A stretch of DNA of 57,296 nucleotides, counting the filler, from Sphacelaria rigidula (lineage: Eukaryota): the NCBI GenBank assembly GCA_964200075.2. It is 6 parts of 6 records of this genome, joined end to end, with 100 filler letters (N's around TTAATTAATTAA, not from the genome) between each part and the next. Parts side by side here need not be neighbours in the genome. Positions count along the whole stretch, not along the records: positions 28,700 to 38,165 come from CAXNAA020008432.1; positions 38,266 to 47,731 come from CAXNAA020008433.1; positions 47,832 to 57,296 come from CAXNAA020008434.1; 3 more parts are not named here. One strand, 5' to 3'. Positions 34,945 to 47,949 of this stretch are shown here, piece after piece (positions within the stretch are counted from its first letter, which is position 1; every line of letters starts with the position of its first letter). A program made the position numbers and the translations under genes. The notes under the pieces were generated by a model that worked only from the letters and a program-made list of their open reading frames with translations, made no database searches and was not told the DNA's origin.

Positions 34945-37862
34945 CCTTGTGTGTAGTGTAAGGTTTGAGATTAACCGTGCACTACAGCGATGGGTGGTCC
35001 GAGATGTGGAATGAGGCAAGATGGGCACCGTGGGGCTGAATAGCTGAACGTATGCGAGAGTGAGACAAGGTGTGGGTGGGGAGAGAAATTGACCTGGCTC
35101 TTGGAGGGTGAGCGGAAAGGTTCGGGTACATCATCTCCTTTTTTCTTTTTTGGGGGGGTCTTCGGCGAGTTTAGTTTCCTATCGACGTTCCAACGTTTTT
35201 ACCGCCATTTTTCCTCTATTATCGCTAAATTATGCTGAACGGAATGCATAGGGGGGGGAAATAGAAGTTTCGCCAAAATTCCAAGGTGCTGGTTGGATGA
35301 TTATTTACTTCGGGTACAGTTCAGCGTGTTACAGTAGTTCCACCGGTCGGGTGCTGCAGATGCAGTACGGAGGTGCGGAACACGTCGCTACAGTATCTAC
35401 GGACACACACGTATGAATCAAGTCCTAGAGCCATATGTTCTTATGTAAATACTCTACATGGTTCGGGCATTTTTCACCTCTTGTTTGTGAAGAATTGAAG
35501 AGGGTGTCGTCCTCCTGTGAGCGTGCTTCAAAAGGTGACGTCATCGTCACCACACAAGGAGACATCGTCACCACATTTCCGGATGAGAATAAAAACGGAA
35601 AACATATTCTTCCGGTTTGGGGCATGTTTACAAAAGCAAATCATTTTTCACTTCCGTAGGTTTTCCACAGCGAAATTTCCAGACATGTTGGGGGCCCCAT
35701 AGAGACTCTACCGGTCTCGAGTTCTCTCACCCTCCACTAAAATTGACTGTGAAGGATCGGATTATATGTGTTTACTGCTTTATCTTTGCCCGGCACTTCG
35801 GTACACGTGACCGCGTGCCCCAAAAGTGCGGTGTAATCGTGTTGTTATGGATTTGGCATGTGTGCAAGGCAGCGCCAGCATTCATGAAGCACTGAGTGGA
35901 GGTGTGGTAGTCGGCTTCACCCCGTATGCAGAGTGCAGACGCTCTCTACTAACCCTCAGCACCGGTCCCCCGTCCCCCACAGAAATGGTCTGAATCAAAC
36001 ACCACCGCAGTAAATAAATGATGCGGGGTGCGGGGCGATGGATGTTGGAAGAGTAAGCCATGCATGGGCGGTGGCGGCATTTGATTCGATTCCTGTACAT
36101 ATATCATTCCATCGCTTTGGCGCCGTGGTGCGACACCGTAACAGCACTACTTATAGTAGCTGTCTCGTCGAAGCTCCAACGCTATTATTATCATCAGTAC
36201 AGACGTGGTATTCCGAGAATGCTCTTCCACAGAGACAGCTATGCTATGACGTACAATTCCTCAGTTCCTATCAGGGTTGGGGCAGATTCTATCAGCACGA
36301 AACGTCGCTGGGGCCCGGGGCACGTTCGGGGTATCATGTATAATATGTACTCTTTTGAGAAGAGGTTACGCATGATAGCATCCGTGCTGGGTCGTGATGA
36401 GCTCATGACATCGACATCGTGCACAGGCGGTTATACTTGTTCCCAACCCAAGCGATTCTTCAGCACTCCCTATGATCCGTGCTCACAAGTATGTGTCGTC
36501 ACCAAAGTATGTATTTAATAGATGGTAGCAGGACGTGCTGTGGCGAGTGTCGGCTCTTCTCGCTTCAACAGTTCGTCCAAAATTAAACCGAGAGTGTTGT
36601 TGCTTGCCAGTGGCATTTTTCAGTTTCACCTATCGTCACTACGCGTGATTAGTTGGCGACCAAGCTTGAGCGACTCCGAGGCGGAAGTGGGGGCGATGTC
36701 GTACATACTCTCTCTCCACCCTCAGTGGTGCTTGGATTGATGTAAGCTCGATGCAACGACGCCGTGGTGTACGAAAGATTTCGAAGGTTCTCAAACGCCT
36801 TTCAAGTATCTTGAGGCGTGAAATACAAATTTCCTGGCTTCGGTGCGGTCAACGTGCATATAAGAAATGAAAATTCGTTGATATAGGAGTGCTGTAGTAC
36901 ACCAGTAGTACATAGTCGGACAATTCAAAACATGCCGACCTGTTGTACACACGATGACTAGCCACGAGAGCGCGGAACAGTGCGATATGTCTGCACTCAA
37001 GGTGCATCTTGGACGATTGCTGACCCACACGGATTGGCCCTGGATTTATATATGTTGGGCAGGACTACCTCAGATTATGAAAAGCGTGTTTGTTGTCTAC
37101 GCGTGGCAGGTACAGACAGTACAGTAGTTGGCATTTGTCAACGCCAACACACCACCTGCACATGTATATGTAGTAGCACCTTCTTCACCACCCAGCGTAA
37201 CTTGACTTTTTGACGCTTCATGACGAGAACGAAATTGTCTCCACCACACGCATTGATTCGTTTTGCATCAAAGTGAGGACCGTTTTCATGGACGTTTTTT
37301 CTCTGCTGGCCGCGAATGCCCGACTGGCGTTCATCCACGCCCAGGTGTTGACCATTCTCCAAGAATTACCAGGCCTCTCATCAGTGTAAAATACATTTTT
37401 GCAACAATCGACACGAGCGCACAAGGTCAAACACTACAGTGATGTATTTTCCTCTCCATCCATATCCTGAACACACGAGAATGCTGAGCAAAGGTTGCAG
37501 GGGAATGTATAGCCTTGAGAAGTGCTTCAACGAGACTACACTCAGTGCAGTATCCCGTACAATACTGGGCGTAGGCTATTCCAGACACGTGGCGCACGAC
37601 CTCCTCTTGAGTTAGCACCCCAGAGTGAAGAGTTTTGTATGTATTTTTGTATGTTTGGGGCCATATATTGAAATCTACACTACTGGAGCAGATACGTGTT
37701 ATTTCACACCACCCCCCGGCCAAGTACTACCCCCAGGTGATCAGTTTTCGGGTCCCAAGATATCATCAAACGCGGATCTTCTACACCGTACTCTATGGTA
37801 TATTGCACTTAGGTCGAGACTGCAGCAAAACAGAAACAATTCAGAAAAGCGAATCCAGAAAC

Positions 37863-38112
37863 GAGTCGTCCTACGATAGGGAGGGTGGAGGTATTTTGGA
37901 CAACTTCTTGGACGAAATTCCAAGTCAAATCGTCGTTGAAAGCAGCAACGGTTGCCCGAACGAGCTTGTTATACATAAATAACTCTCATTCATACCGATT
38001 GACACCGTTTTGAACCAAATACGAGCGCACCGCGAGTGTGCCAGGTCGTCTGACACACTTATGAGCCTCTTTTTTCGTGCAATCAAATAAACCCCCCCCC
38101 CCCCCCCCCCCC
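37863..38112. mobile_element. Sola-like MITE family A, copy with damaged right end
   Basis: Starts gagtcgtcctacgataggg; interior matches 13641-13811 and 53461-53714. Confidence 0.75.
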
Positions 38113-38165
38113 TTTTTAACGATAAAAAAACAAAGCAAAAACCGCCACCAGCCACAACCCCAAAA

Positions 38166-38265
38166 NNNNNNNNNNNNNNNNNNNNNNNNNNNNNNNNNNN
38201 NNNNNNNNNTTAATTAATTAANNNNNNNNNNNNNNNNNNNNNNNNNNNNNNNNNNNNNNNNNNNN
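38166..38265. other. Artificial scaffold-joining linker
   Basis: N44-TTAATTAATTAA-N44. Confidence 0.97.
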
Positions 38266-38990
38266 CGGCCACCAATACATATTGGTGGTCACAATAGGAT
38301 ACCCATTGCGCCCACCGATGTCTATTTAGGGTCACAATAGAATCTGAATCGCGACCACCAATGTCTATCGCTCGTCACAATGCGATTTGAATCGCGGCCA
38401 TCAATATCTATTGCTGACCATAAAGGTAGCTAAATGGCGTCGATCACTGGCGCTATGTATGTACATTTTTCGATGTATGTTTCCGCCATATTCCACAGAG
38501 GCTATGGCCAGCTATCGCCTCAGGTCGTTGCGTGTTCATGTGTAAGGGGTATTGCCGTTGGTATCACGAGACCACTGCAGTGAGCAATCTATCCTTCAAA
38601 ACCGATCGTTGGCGTCACTGATGTCGATAGGTGCTCCCGGGAGCAATCGATTGTTGACGGCAATGCCCATTTTGGTAGATACCAAAAAATGCATTGGCAT
38701 TTTTTGGCGGTAGAGGCTACCGATAGACGGCTCACCAAATCTATTGATGACGGCAATGGCTATCGATGGATGGCTCACCAAACCTAATGATTACAGCAAA
38801 GGCTATCGATATATACAACCCAGAATCTATTGCGGTACACCATTTCCATCGATGGCGAGTGATCTTCATCTATTGTAATTGCCATAGGCTATCGATCGAG
38901 TATTGCAATATCTATTGTTCCTTGCAATGCATATCAATATATGTCTTTCACCACTTATCGTGGTCGATAATATATATCGATATATATATA
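38266..38990. repeat. Degenerate repeat rich in ctat(c/t)g/atcgat motifs, probably a DNA-transposon remnant
   Basis: Many atctattg and ctatcgat copies; near-tandem gatagacggctcaccaaat at about 38722 and 38765. Confidence 0.5.
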
Positions 38991-41009
38991 TTCCTCGTGT
39001 CTGTTGCTGAAGCAATGAACTATTATTGTGTCCATTGTCCATGGTGTGAAAATTTGCTGGAGGTGTTTACTCAACGCCACAGTACAGAGAAGGGCTGCGT
39101 TCACGATGAGTATTATGGTGGCATGACTCAATCAAGGATCAACACTCACAGCCATTTCCACGAATTTGTCATCCGCGAAGCAGATGAGCGCCTCATCCCA
39201 CCGGCCACAGTCCCGATGCGCTTGAGGCGCATGAAGAGGGGGTAATGTGGGAGAGATCCCTTTGCAGTTTCACATCAGAGATTGATGCGATACATGCATG
39301 AAGAGCAGGTGCATGTAGGTACGGGATATTCACGACCCGAAAGGAACCGAATACCCCGGACCCTGTAACGCCGGCCTCAGACAACTCGAGGTGACGCCAG
39401 AACGAGGCCGACATTGTGGTGGCCAAGCATTCCCGAGGGAATGGCCCGCGTTACGGGGCCCGCTCTCAAGTCTGACCCACTTCTTGCTTACATGTTGAAA
39501 AAAAAAACGCTCAGCCTCGGAGTTTCTTCGGCCTCAGGACGATATCAACGACGACAGTCGTACCCGTAGGTCTCTGCTTACTCGAGTAATGCACCTTCCA
39601 TAAATAGTCTTGTTGACAAAAAAAAACTACTGCATAAAGTATGGGACCTACGAACTGTAACTATTATCGGCCGACAAAAGTTGCAATAGCCCCATACTTT
39701 ACGCCGTACAGTTTTCGTCTACTGCAACTATTGACCATACATTCATTGTCCAGGGCGTGGTAAATTATCGTATGAGGACGGTGATGACGATGCCCTAAAA
39801 GAGTAAGAACAACGTGACGGTGTTCCTGATTTCTGGTCTAATGTACATCCCGGGAATTTGCACATTTAGCAGTCTGGAGTATGGCGTGTCGTACAGCGAA
39901 TTGATCGAAGATTAAGCCGTTTAGCTGTCTTCGCTTTTGGTTAGCGTTTTGAGTCTGGGCCTGAGATGTTGCACGTATTCGAGAGGGTAATACCGACATG
40001 GTGGTTTGCCCAACCGATTGATTGGGTCATCTATGTTCAAGTTATTCGACGTTGAGGAATGTTCCGATATCGCTTCATTCGTTATTGTTCCGAATATCTT
40101 GAAATCAGAGACCTGGAACAACTTTTCGCCAAACTACGTATTTCGTAGTGAAGTTCTAGACATATTTGTTGAATGTCATTTCGAAACTTGAAAGTCAACC
40201 CGGGGGGGGGGAGGGGGGCGGCTTTTGGTGAGGGTGCCACAACTTTGTTGGCATACCAGCCTGTATAATGGGAAAATACCGTTTGAGTTGATTAGGGCTG
40301 TTGTTGTTTTCGGCAAGGTAATCGCCCATGCCACGATAACGGAGGAGTATTATTAAATACGTACTCTATACCAAGCAGCGCCCATCACCATGCTACTTTC
40401 ATTTTGCGAGTGACCGCTCACTGCAGGTTATGATGCTGTGTATTTCGGCAAGGTATCCTCCATAAACGCAATCACGGAGAGGCATTGTGAGTAAGATTGA
40501 CATCTCACTTTCGTCAGCTCGAAAAGGTTAGACTAAGCATTACCTCAGAGTCGAGGTAACGGTGAGTTTAGAGCGTGTTTTACAGCGTCCACGCCCGTCA
40601 AAATTGCCAAAAGATCAGTTGGGAAAACAAAGTGTTCCGATGTTGAGTTCGAATGGCCGTGTTCGGTACAAAAGGTTTCGACTGACCCAGCCCGTCCTTC
40701 TTCGCATTATGACGGTATCCGGGCGGTTACTATTATGGCACCGCTTGCTCGGTGGTCATTGACATTGCATACGCTACGAAGAAGTCATTCTTGTTTGATC
40801 AAGAATTTCCACACCCTGGACAATTCATGGTAAATAGTTGCAGTAGACGAAAAGTGTACTGCGTCAAGTATAGGCCTGTTGCAACTCTTGACCATATATT
40901 GTCTAGGGTGTCAGAATTTCGCGTGAATAACGTACTTCCGTACCCCCACGAAGTTACATTTCTCAGCTGCAACGGGGCTCGAAAATATCCTCCTCTCAAT
41001 GAAATATAG

Positions 41010-41190
41010 AAGGAAGAACGGGGCGTGTTGAAGGGGGAAATGTGGGAGCTAAACGACTGTGGCATGATATCGTCTGATACCTTAGACATTAGCGAGATAA
41101 CGATTGCTGTACGAGGAGATAAGTGGTGGCCACAGACGGCGAAACAGGGAAGAAGGGGATAAGATACGTTCCACGCGTACAAATATTATG
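41010..41190 (+). mobile_element. LINE 3' fragment
   Basis: ggagataagtggtggccacagacggcgaaacagga matches 22470-22505. Confidence 0.7.
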
Positions 41191-42138
41191 ATCATGGTCC
41201 GTACTCACACCTCAAGCGACACGTGGCAAATATATATACGACTAGAATGGGATAGACCGTGACAAAGAGATCAAGCATGGGCAGTACGTATGGTGTTGCT
41301 GCGCAGCACTGCGGTTACAGGTAAAAAACATGTCTAAAGCGCTTGGAGGAGATTGGCTCTGGTGTTTCATATCGAGGTTGTCGACTGAGCCATCCCATAA
41401 ATTTCTATGATTCCTGCCGCAGCCATACATGGTGCCAGTGGCGGTGCGGAGACACTGCCGTGGATAATGCTTCCTGCTACGCTGCCCTAGCCGTCGGCGC
41501 CGTCATTTGCTGCGGCGCTTTCGCATCTTGTGTTTCCCGCGCTGACATCGGCGCAGCTGCTGCCGCTCCCACGCCGCCCCAGCAATATTTTTCTGCTCCT
41601 CCGCAACAGCAACGCCTCACATAGGGCGGGACGAACTCCAATAACCACACTTGCGCGTTGTACTCTCGGCGGGTACATGAGTGACCTCGACAGGTCAATC
41701 TCAATATTGAAATCGCTTCGTCCTGTACCCATACCAGGGACAATTCCAGGTGAAAATATACCGGTAAACGTCGCAGTACACCCTCAACATGCGTTTCAAC
41801 TCCGTCGCTGCATTCAGGTCGCGGCGGACGGTGCTCGTGTAAACTCTCCAACAAGTAAATTTTCGGTTGTCCCTCGTCATCATCCCTGACTCTCAGAAAA
41901 GCGTAAATGAGCAGAGCAGTGACAACTCCCGGTCGAGCGTCCAAATCCACCGTCACCCGCCGCAATGAAGGCAAGTGGTGACGCACAACAGCAAAACCCG
42001 TCTTCATGGGAGGTAACTATTATCTGACAAGCCGAAAACGCCCACCTTTTTGCTAATCTCGCCTTTTTCCCTTGCTACGTTCCTGTGGATCCATTTTTTT
42101 CTCTGGTGAACCTGTGCCGTGGTCCCTCCTCCGCACAG

Positions 42139-42220
42139 GTGGTCACGGCCCAAATCTATAGCATCATCGACCAGCTGGGCTGCCTTGGTGTACGAGGACT
42201 CGAGTTCGATCCTCACTACA
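42139..42220 (+). CDS. PI-PLC X-domain (PLC-like phosphodiesterase) protein, exon A
   Basis: cacag acceptor; VVTAQIYSIIDQLGCLGVRGLEFDPHY matches the QxxSIxDQLxxGVRxLExD motif; gtgagt donor, phase 1. Confidence 0.88.
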
Positions 42221-43209
42221 GTGAGTTGTAGTACATTATCCCCCTGGGGATCCTACTCCAGGATTATTCTATACATGAGGATCGAGCCAACATGAAACAG
42301 TGTTACGTCCTCCAAAGATGGGCTGCAGTGGACACACCCCAAAGGGTTTGAGGTATATGTCGAGAAACATAGCGAGCACCATTCCGTTAGGGTCTGAAAA
42401 ACTGCAGGAACGAAAAGTGCCCGAGGTAGCGTCCTCTAACGGTTGTTTAGTCAGCTTTGAAGCTAATTCGAGAAGGCAAGGGTGTTTCAATTGACGCACG
42501 GCAGAGAGAGTGCCTGCATTACGGAAGGGTACGGCGATAGGTAGATCGAATGAAGCGGGTATAGATATGAAGTGGATTGAATGACCTGTGTCACCCCGAA
42601 TTCGAGGTACGTTGACATGAACTGGTGGACAAACTCCATGGTTTAACATACATTGTTTTCATCCATTCCTAACGCTAACCCTAACCCTGACTCCAACCCA
42701 GGGCGTATCGAGAACTCTTGGGCAAGGGAGGTGTATTTGAGTTCCTAAGTAATATATGTGCGTCGGCAGAGCTCGGAACGGAGCCTTAGGCGCCGACTTG
42801 AACAAAAGTGCGTCCAGCGCGCGCCGCACATGGAATTTTCAGCCCCCAAGAGATCCGAATGCGATCATCTATTCTGAAACAATGGATTTACCCAACCATG
42901 GAAAATGTCGACCAGTTCGCGTATAAATCTGCTGCCGAAGTCATCGCCGGCGTATCGCACCGTGAGGAGTGCATCACAAGAGTGTTCAGATAATCGGCAA
43001 ATATCCACCGATGTGTGTTTTAGTCTTCAAGTTTGTCAACGAAGTTGGCAGCTTAAATTTTACGGGAGTGTGGACATTTTCGAATGTGTGTCGTGTAGGG
43101 AACTAACTCTTGAAGGGGCATGCCTTCAACGCTTTGCCGGTTATTTAACTACAGAGTACCACACGTTCAAAATGGGTGTAAGTTGGGATTTTTCTTGCGT
43201 ATACTCTTC

Positions 43210-43650
43210 GATAGAACTCGAATTTGCTGGCGTCGATAGATTTTGGTGACATGAACAGATCGTCGTCGTTCCCCAATGATCAAGTTAGTGTCAGTCGATT
43301 TAATCGGGCGATACGAGAAGATACCCTGTTAATCAAGAAGGTGTTGTTGATCGTGAAATACAGTTATTCGACTCTACTGCAATAAGTGGGTGGAATTGAA
43401 AAAAAACACGACTGTTCATTTCTTCACGAATACGATCGGGACAAGCTCGATCGACCCAGCCAGAATCTGGGCTGAAAAACGGCAGGACCTCCGATGACCG
43501 GTCAGCCCGTAAGTCACTTGATAGACTGCAGATGTTTTTTTTTCTTGGAATGTGAAGCGAATACTACTATCTTCAGGTCCCCAACGCGATGAGCGGTGGC
43601 AAGCGAAATAACCCAAGAAAATTGCCAGTCACGAAGAAATCATAAAATTT
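43210..43650. mobile_element. Tc1/mariner-type MITE, diverged inverted copy 3 (termini lost), intronic
   Basis: caggacctccgatgaccggtcagcccgtaagtcac is the reverse complement of about 3787-3821; similarity extends on both sides. Confidence 0.8.
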
Positions 43651-44925
43651 CCTACTTTGAACGTAGGGTACCGTAGGTGCAGCAGCCAGGCGCGTTTGAC
43701 GCACGCATGCACACATGGCAAACTTGCGCCTCAAACCAGCTTGTGCATCAACAGGTACGGTGGCTTTTCGAAGCGTGGGGCGCGTCTTGTTTGGATTCTG
43801 GTTCTTTCTACTATTCTTAAGCCTCCATTCCTGGGGCACGAAGCGCCAAAGGACGCGGTTTTGTTTTTGCGGTATGAGAATGGTCATGCTACCGTAGTTG
43901 TGCGATGACTCGCACAATTACGGTATTTCCGTTGGGGGATCCTTCAAGCATGAGCGCGTAAGCGCTATACTCGTCTCGGGGACCGCACCGATGACGCGGC
44001 GTAAATGCTACAATTCAAACGTATCCTCTACACTTCCCACCCCCCTTCGATTCCTTTCAACCCAATGTGACCTTCGCCCGGCGTGCACCATTACTCATCA
44101 ACAACAGAACGAGTGAAGATTCGCCTCAGAAACACTAACGAGCAAAACATGGAGGTACCAGGACGCATCCTGTACATGTACGCATTTACTCAGGCTTGAG
44201 TCGCCGAATTTCTATCAAAGCTACCTGTGCATGTCCGACATGACTTTGTTCGTCAGCTTTTCCACGATATTCGCCATAACACCTTCTCGCGACCAACCTT
44301 GCAATGGACTTAATCTTCGTGAGAAAGCTTCAGTTTTTCAAGCGTTATGTGTAGTGTAACAGGATAAAAGGGTAATAAGGATGGCACATACCCTAAAGCG
44401 CAGTCATGGTTTACCTACCTCCTCGAGAAAGAAGGCAAACCTGTCCTACACGTGGCATATAACTTCCTTTTCTGTCATAACCGTATGTGTGCCCTTAACT
44501 ACCGCAGCAAGCCCGCGTTTCCGACCTGCTACGCTCCCCTTCCCGCATTGTAGGACAGCATGTAGGTTGTAAGCAACAGAGTGGCAAAATAACAAGGGTA
44601 CAGACCACCGTCCGTAGGGGGGGATTTCATGAAGCCATCGTAGTGTATGCTGCTTGCATGCGTGATATGGATCAAGTGAAGAATCCCGTACAGCCCCTTT
44701 CAAGAGGGAGGGTAGGTGCCGCACCAGAGTAGTGAAAGGGTTTAAAGCACAGTCTCATGAGGTAGGGGAGTTGGTGAAGTCACGGTGTAGTATGTCCTGT
44801 GCGAGGAGCTTTTGAATCGTAAATATCGGTGAATTTGGAGAGACACTGAAAAAAATGTAGATAGAAGCCCTACAGCGCCTCCCCCACCTCCTCCCTGAAC
44901 CTTATCCCGCTGTTTCGTTGTCTAG

Positions 44926-45119
44926 TCGCTGAGCTTGCCGACGAGGGAGATGAAGCTTCGGCCATTCGGCTTTGCCACACGTCCGACGAGGCGGCCTCGC
45001 AGGTGCTGCAGTTGTGTCAGACGTTCGGGTGGGACCTCTGCGAGTTGGCTGACGTTGTAAATTATGGCAATAACACGGGCTGCCGCTCCGATGCGCCAAC
45101 TCTGCGAGAAGGCTTTGAG
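44926..45119 (+). CDS. PI-PLC X-domain protein, exon B
   Basis: tctag acceptor (A+TC=I); AELADEGDEASAIRLCHTSDEAASQVLQLCQTFGWDLCELADVVNYGNNTGCRSDAPTLREGFE contains the LCH catalytic-His motif; gtgagt donor. Confidence 0.88.
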
Positions 45120-45828
45120 GTGAGTAGGACAAAGGTGCACGTTTGTATAGCCTAGCTGGATCGACGTGCTCATAGCACGCTTTAGTGGAATGTCTCGGAC
45201 ACTATCTTGTGTGCTGTGTGTGTCCGCGCGCTTGATGAGGTTAACCGCTGGTTGACAGCAACAGCTAAGCCACTGGAGCTGTCGCGTCGCTGTCCGTGTG
45301 AGTACATTTCTGTCTTTGTCAGTGTGATATTTGTACTGACTTGTCCATACTTTTCGTTGATTGCTGACTACCTTGGACAAATGTTCGAATCATTATTTAT
45401 AAACAAGCACTTCCACTTGGCACGATTGATTTTGATAGTATTTGAGAGATGCACAGTAGGCGTGGATTTGGAATACACAGCAGAAAGGCACGCGCGCGCC
45501 CGATCTTTTTCACAACGGTGTATATAGAAAATTGTGCATCGCTACCCTTCGAAGTCTGCTCATTAAGATCCATACATACGCATTGAGATGAATCAGCAGT
45601 GATGAGCCTCCGTGGGACACCCTCGGTGTGCAAGGGTTGAATGAAATTCAGCTTGTCCCTACGTAGTTAACCGACCCCACCGAAATATTCCCTTGTGCTT
45701 CATTTGCACGTTCGGTCCTGCTCCCGGGACGACATCGGCACGTGTGCGACGTGTTGGACCTTCGTGCCGTTGTGGACGTTCGGTATCGTGGGGTTTGGGT
45801 TGGGGCTGTGCGTTGCTGTGGAGAGCAG

Positions 45829-45909
45829 GAGGTCGCTAACTGGTTGGTCCTTGACGAGAACGCTGAGGAGGTTGTCTTCATTAAGCTTGACAGCAATCTC
45901 GACGACAAG
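45829..45909 (+). CDS. PI-PLC X-domain protein, exon C
   Basis: gcag acceptor, phase 0; EVANWLVLDENAEEVVFIKLDSNLDDK fits EIxxWLxxNxxEVV; gtgcgt donor. Confidence 0.86.
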
Positions 45910-46693
45910 GTGCGTGGACCAAGCATGACTACCTGCCGAGTTCGGGGTTACTTTTTCAAGGCGTTTCCCGGTTCACGGCCTATTGATGGATATCATGGCA
46001 GTACTCTGGTCGTGAGCTTCAATTGGATGTGTTTTCATCAGTATCTCCTTCTAAACGCCCCAGCCATCTGCATATATCAGACACTGCACTGGGTATTGTA
46101 GTCAAAAGTGGACACCCCGGGCAGGCGTAGAGCACTGTCGAGTCAAGTCGTAGATTTTCCGACCAAGTTCCCCTTCTTCAATCGTTCGTAACCGATGTCG
46201 TTGCCGAGGTATCAATAGCAGTGGTTCTTAAGTAGAGCTCACCTTTCTCCCGCGAGAACTGCAGCATACAAGTCTCCGCGCGTAGAGAGATGCAAAACGT
46301 TTTCACGCACATTGTTGTGGAGGGATTCTGGTGTGGGTGCCAAAATCGCGCTTCGCCCGCAAGCCCCCCCTGAGCGAGCTGTGAGAATCGCACCCCTTGC
46401 GTGGAGGCAGGTGCAAGAGATGAAATGTTTCAGTAAGACTCACGTTTCTGTCAGCTATGATCAAGTAGGGGAACGAAGTACAGAGCTCGGAGAATCTAGT
46501 TTCAAAGTAAGATCCGTCTAATTTCTCTAATTGGACGGAATGCTGAAACGCTGGCCTACATGTAAGAAAACCAACGTCGACTCGCCATTGCTCCTCACAA
46601 GTGTGCATACCGTTGTTTTATACCTTTACCCGTGTATGTTTACCTCCATATTTTTCCCTCTGGTTGTTGTCTCGTTATCTGTCGTTCGTTCAG

Positions 46694-46773
46694 GATGATT
46701 TAGTGTCGACGATTGCGGCTGAGGTTTTTAACGAGACAATGATTTTCTCTCCTGCCGACTGGGAGGAATATAG
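46694..46773 (+). CDS. PI-PLC X-domain protein, exon D
   Basis: Pyrimidine tract plus ttcag, phase 0; DDLVSTIAAEVFNETMIFSPADWEEY; gtgagg donor. Confidence 0.78.
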
Positions 46774-46919
46774 GTGAGGGGCGAGATCGCACGTCCTCCA
46801 ATATGCCAGCCGAAATAAGTAATGCCCACACTTGTAGTTCCACCTCGGCGACGCCAATTCTGTCAGGTTTTCATCATCGCGTACATGAGTCCACGTATCC
46901 AGTCGCGTACAGTTTACCG

Positions 46920-47580
46920 TTTCCCGCATGTCTCGGCGATCTCACGTACGTCCTTGTTATTCTTTTGTGCTCAGCCGTTGTCGCGTACGTTTCGTCCATC
47001 TTCCGTATGCCTTGACAGTCATACGGACTGTCGTCGACCTTACCTGTCTTGTCGATCTTCCGTGCATAAGCTTTGTCACTGGTACTAAGCGTCGTCGATG
47101 TCACGACCCTCTCGTCGGTCTCCCGCGCGTCCTTCTCGACCTGACGTATTCCTCGCGCATCTCACATACGTCCTTGTGGAAGTCAAGAGTATATCGGCTA
47201 TGTCACGACATGCGTGCAGTCAATCTTTCACACGTCGCATCGGTTTTAGGCCTTGTCTTGCCGATCTCACGCACTCTTGCCGGTCGTACCTCGCGTCGCT
47301 GGTTTTCAATACGTCTTGTTGGTCGTACCTAGTGTCGTGATGTGACATACCTACAGTCCATCTTCCGTGCATGTGATCTATCTCATGATGTATGTTTTTC
47401 CATTGATTCGCGCGCCTTGCCCATCTTACTCACATCTTGTCACACCTAGCGTCGTCGATACCACGTACCTCTCGCCCATTTCCCGCCCATGTCGTGAATT
47501 CTCTGTACGTTCTCGTCCGTGTAACGTGCGTCGTTTTCGATTTCAAGCGCACCTCATCAAGCTCACGCACGTCTAGTCGA
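46920..47580. repeat. Degenerate tandem-like repeat (cgatctcacgtacgtccttgt units), intronic
   Basis: Recurrent gatctcacg, cgtacctcgcgtcg and ccatcttccgt motifs. Confidence 0.55.
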
Positions 47581-47731
47581 TTTCAAAAATATTTCCTCGA
47601 TTTATTACACATCATGACACTTTCTACGATAGCCCCCCCCCCAAAAAACCAGCTGAAAGTGTCACGAAAATAATGGCCATACAGCGCCTGATGTTCGGGT
47701 TCAGGCTGCACGAAGCGTCTCATATTGGCGA

Positions 47732-47831
47732 NNNNNNNNNNNNNNNNNNNNNNNNNNNNNNNNNNNNNNNNNNNNTTAATTAATTAANNNNNNNNNNNNN
47801 NNNNNNNNNNNNNNNNNNNNNNNNNNNNNNN
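47732..47831. other. Artificial scaffold-joining linker
   Basis: N44-TTAATTAATTAA-N44. Confidence 0.97.
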
Positions 47832-47949
47832 TTTTTTCTTTGGGCCAATTGTTTTTACTGAGATTTTCTCTCCTTGGGGCCAATATTTTACAGAGATTTT
47901 CTCTCCCCTTTTTTTTCTGACTGGCCAGGAGTCTTGTTGGTTATCTCTT

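Noticed and set aside
30250..35030. Apparent decayed viral polyprotein or Cys-rich glycoprotein (ORFs 30577-31242, 32991-33605, 33931-34383)
   Set aside because: I recognised no viral motif. The region is explained by the 4-exon minus-strand gene, its introns and a probable long 3'UTR; a BLASTX would settle the 221-aa ORF.
41971..42012. THNS motif or short exon as the missing first catalytic-His exon of the PI-PLC
   Set aside because: The THNS frame has an upstream stop and the wrong phase; the alternative frame (ASGDAQQQNPSSWE) has only a weak acceptor.
41477..42216. Minus-strand ORFs of 176 and 70 aa
   Set aside because: They have no recognisable domain, and the 70-aa ORF is antisense to the PI-PLC exon.
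9512..47787. Perfectly periodic TTAATTAATTAA motif as a biological repeat or array
   Set aside because: It is always embedded in symmetric 44-N runs, so it is a synthetic linker.
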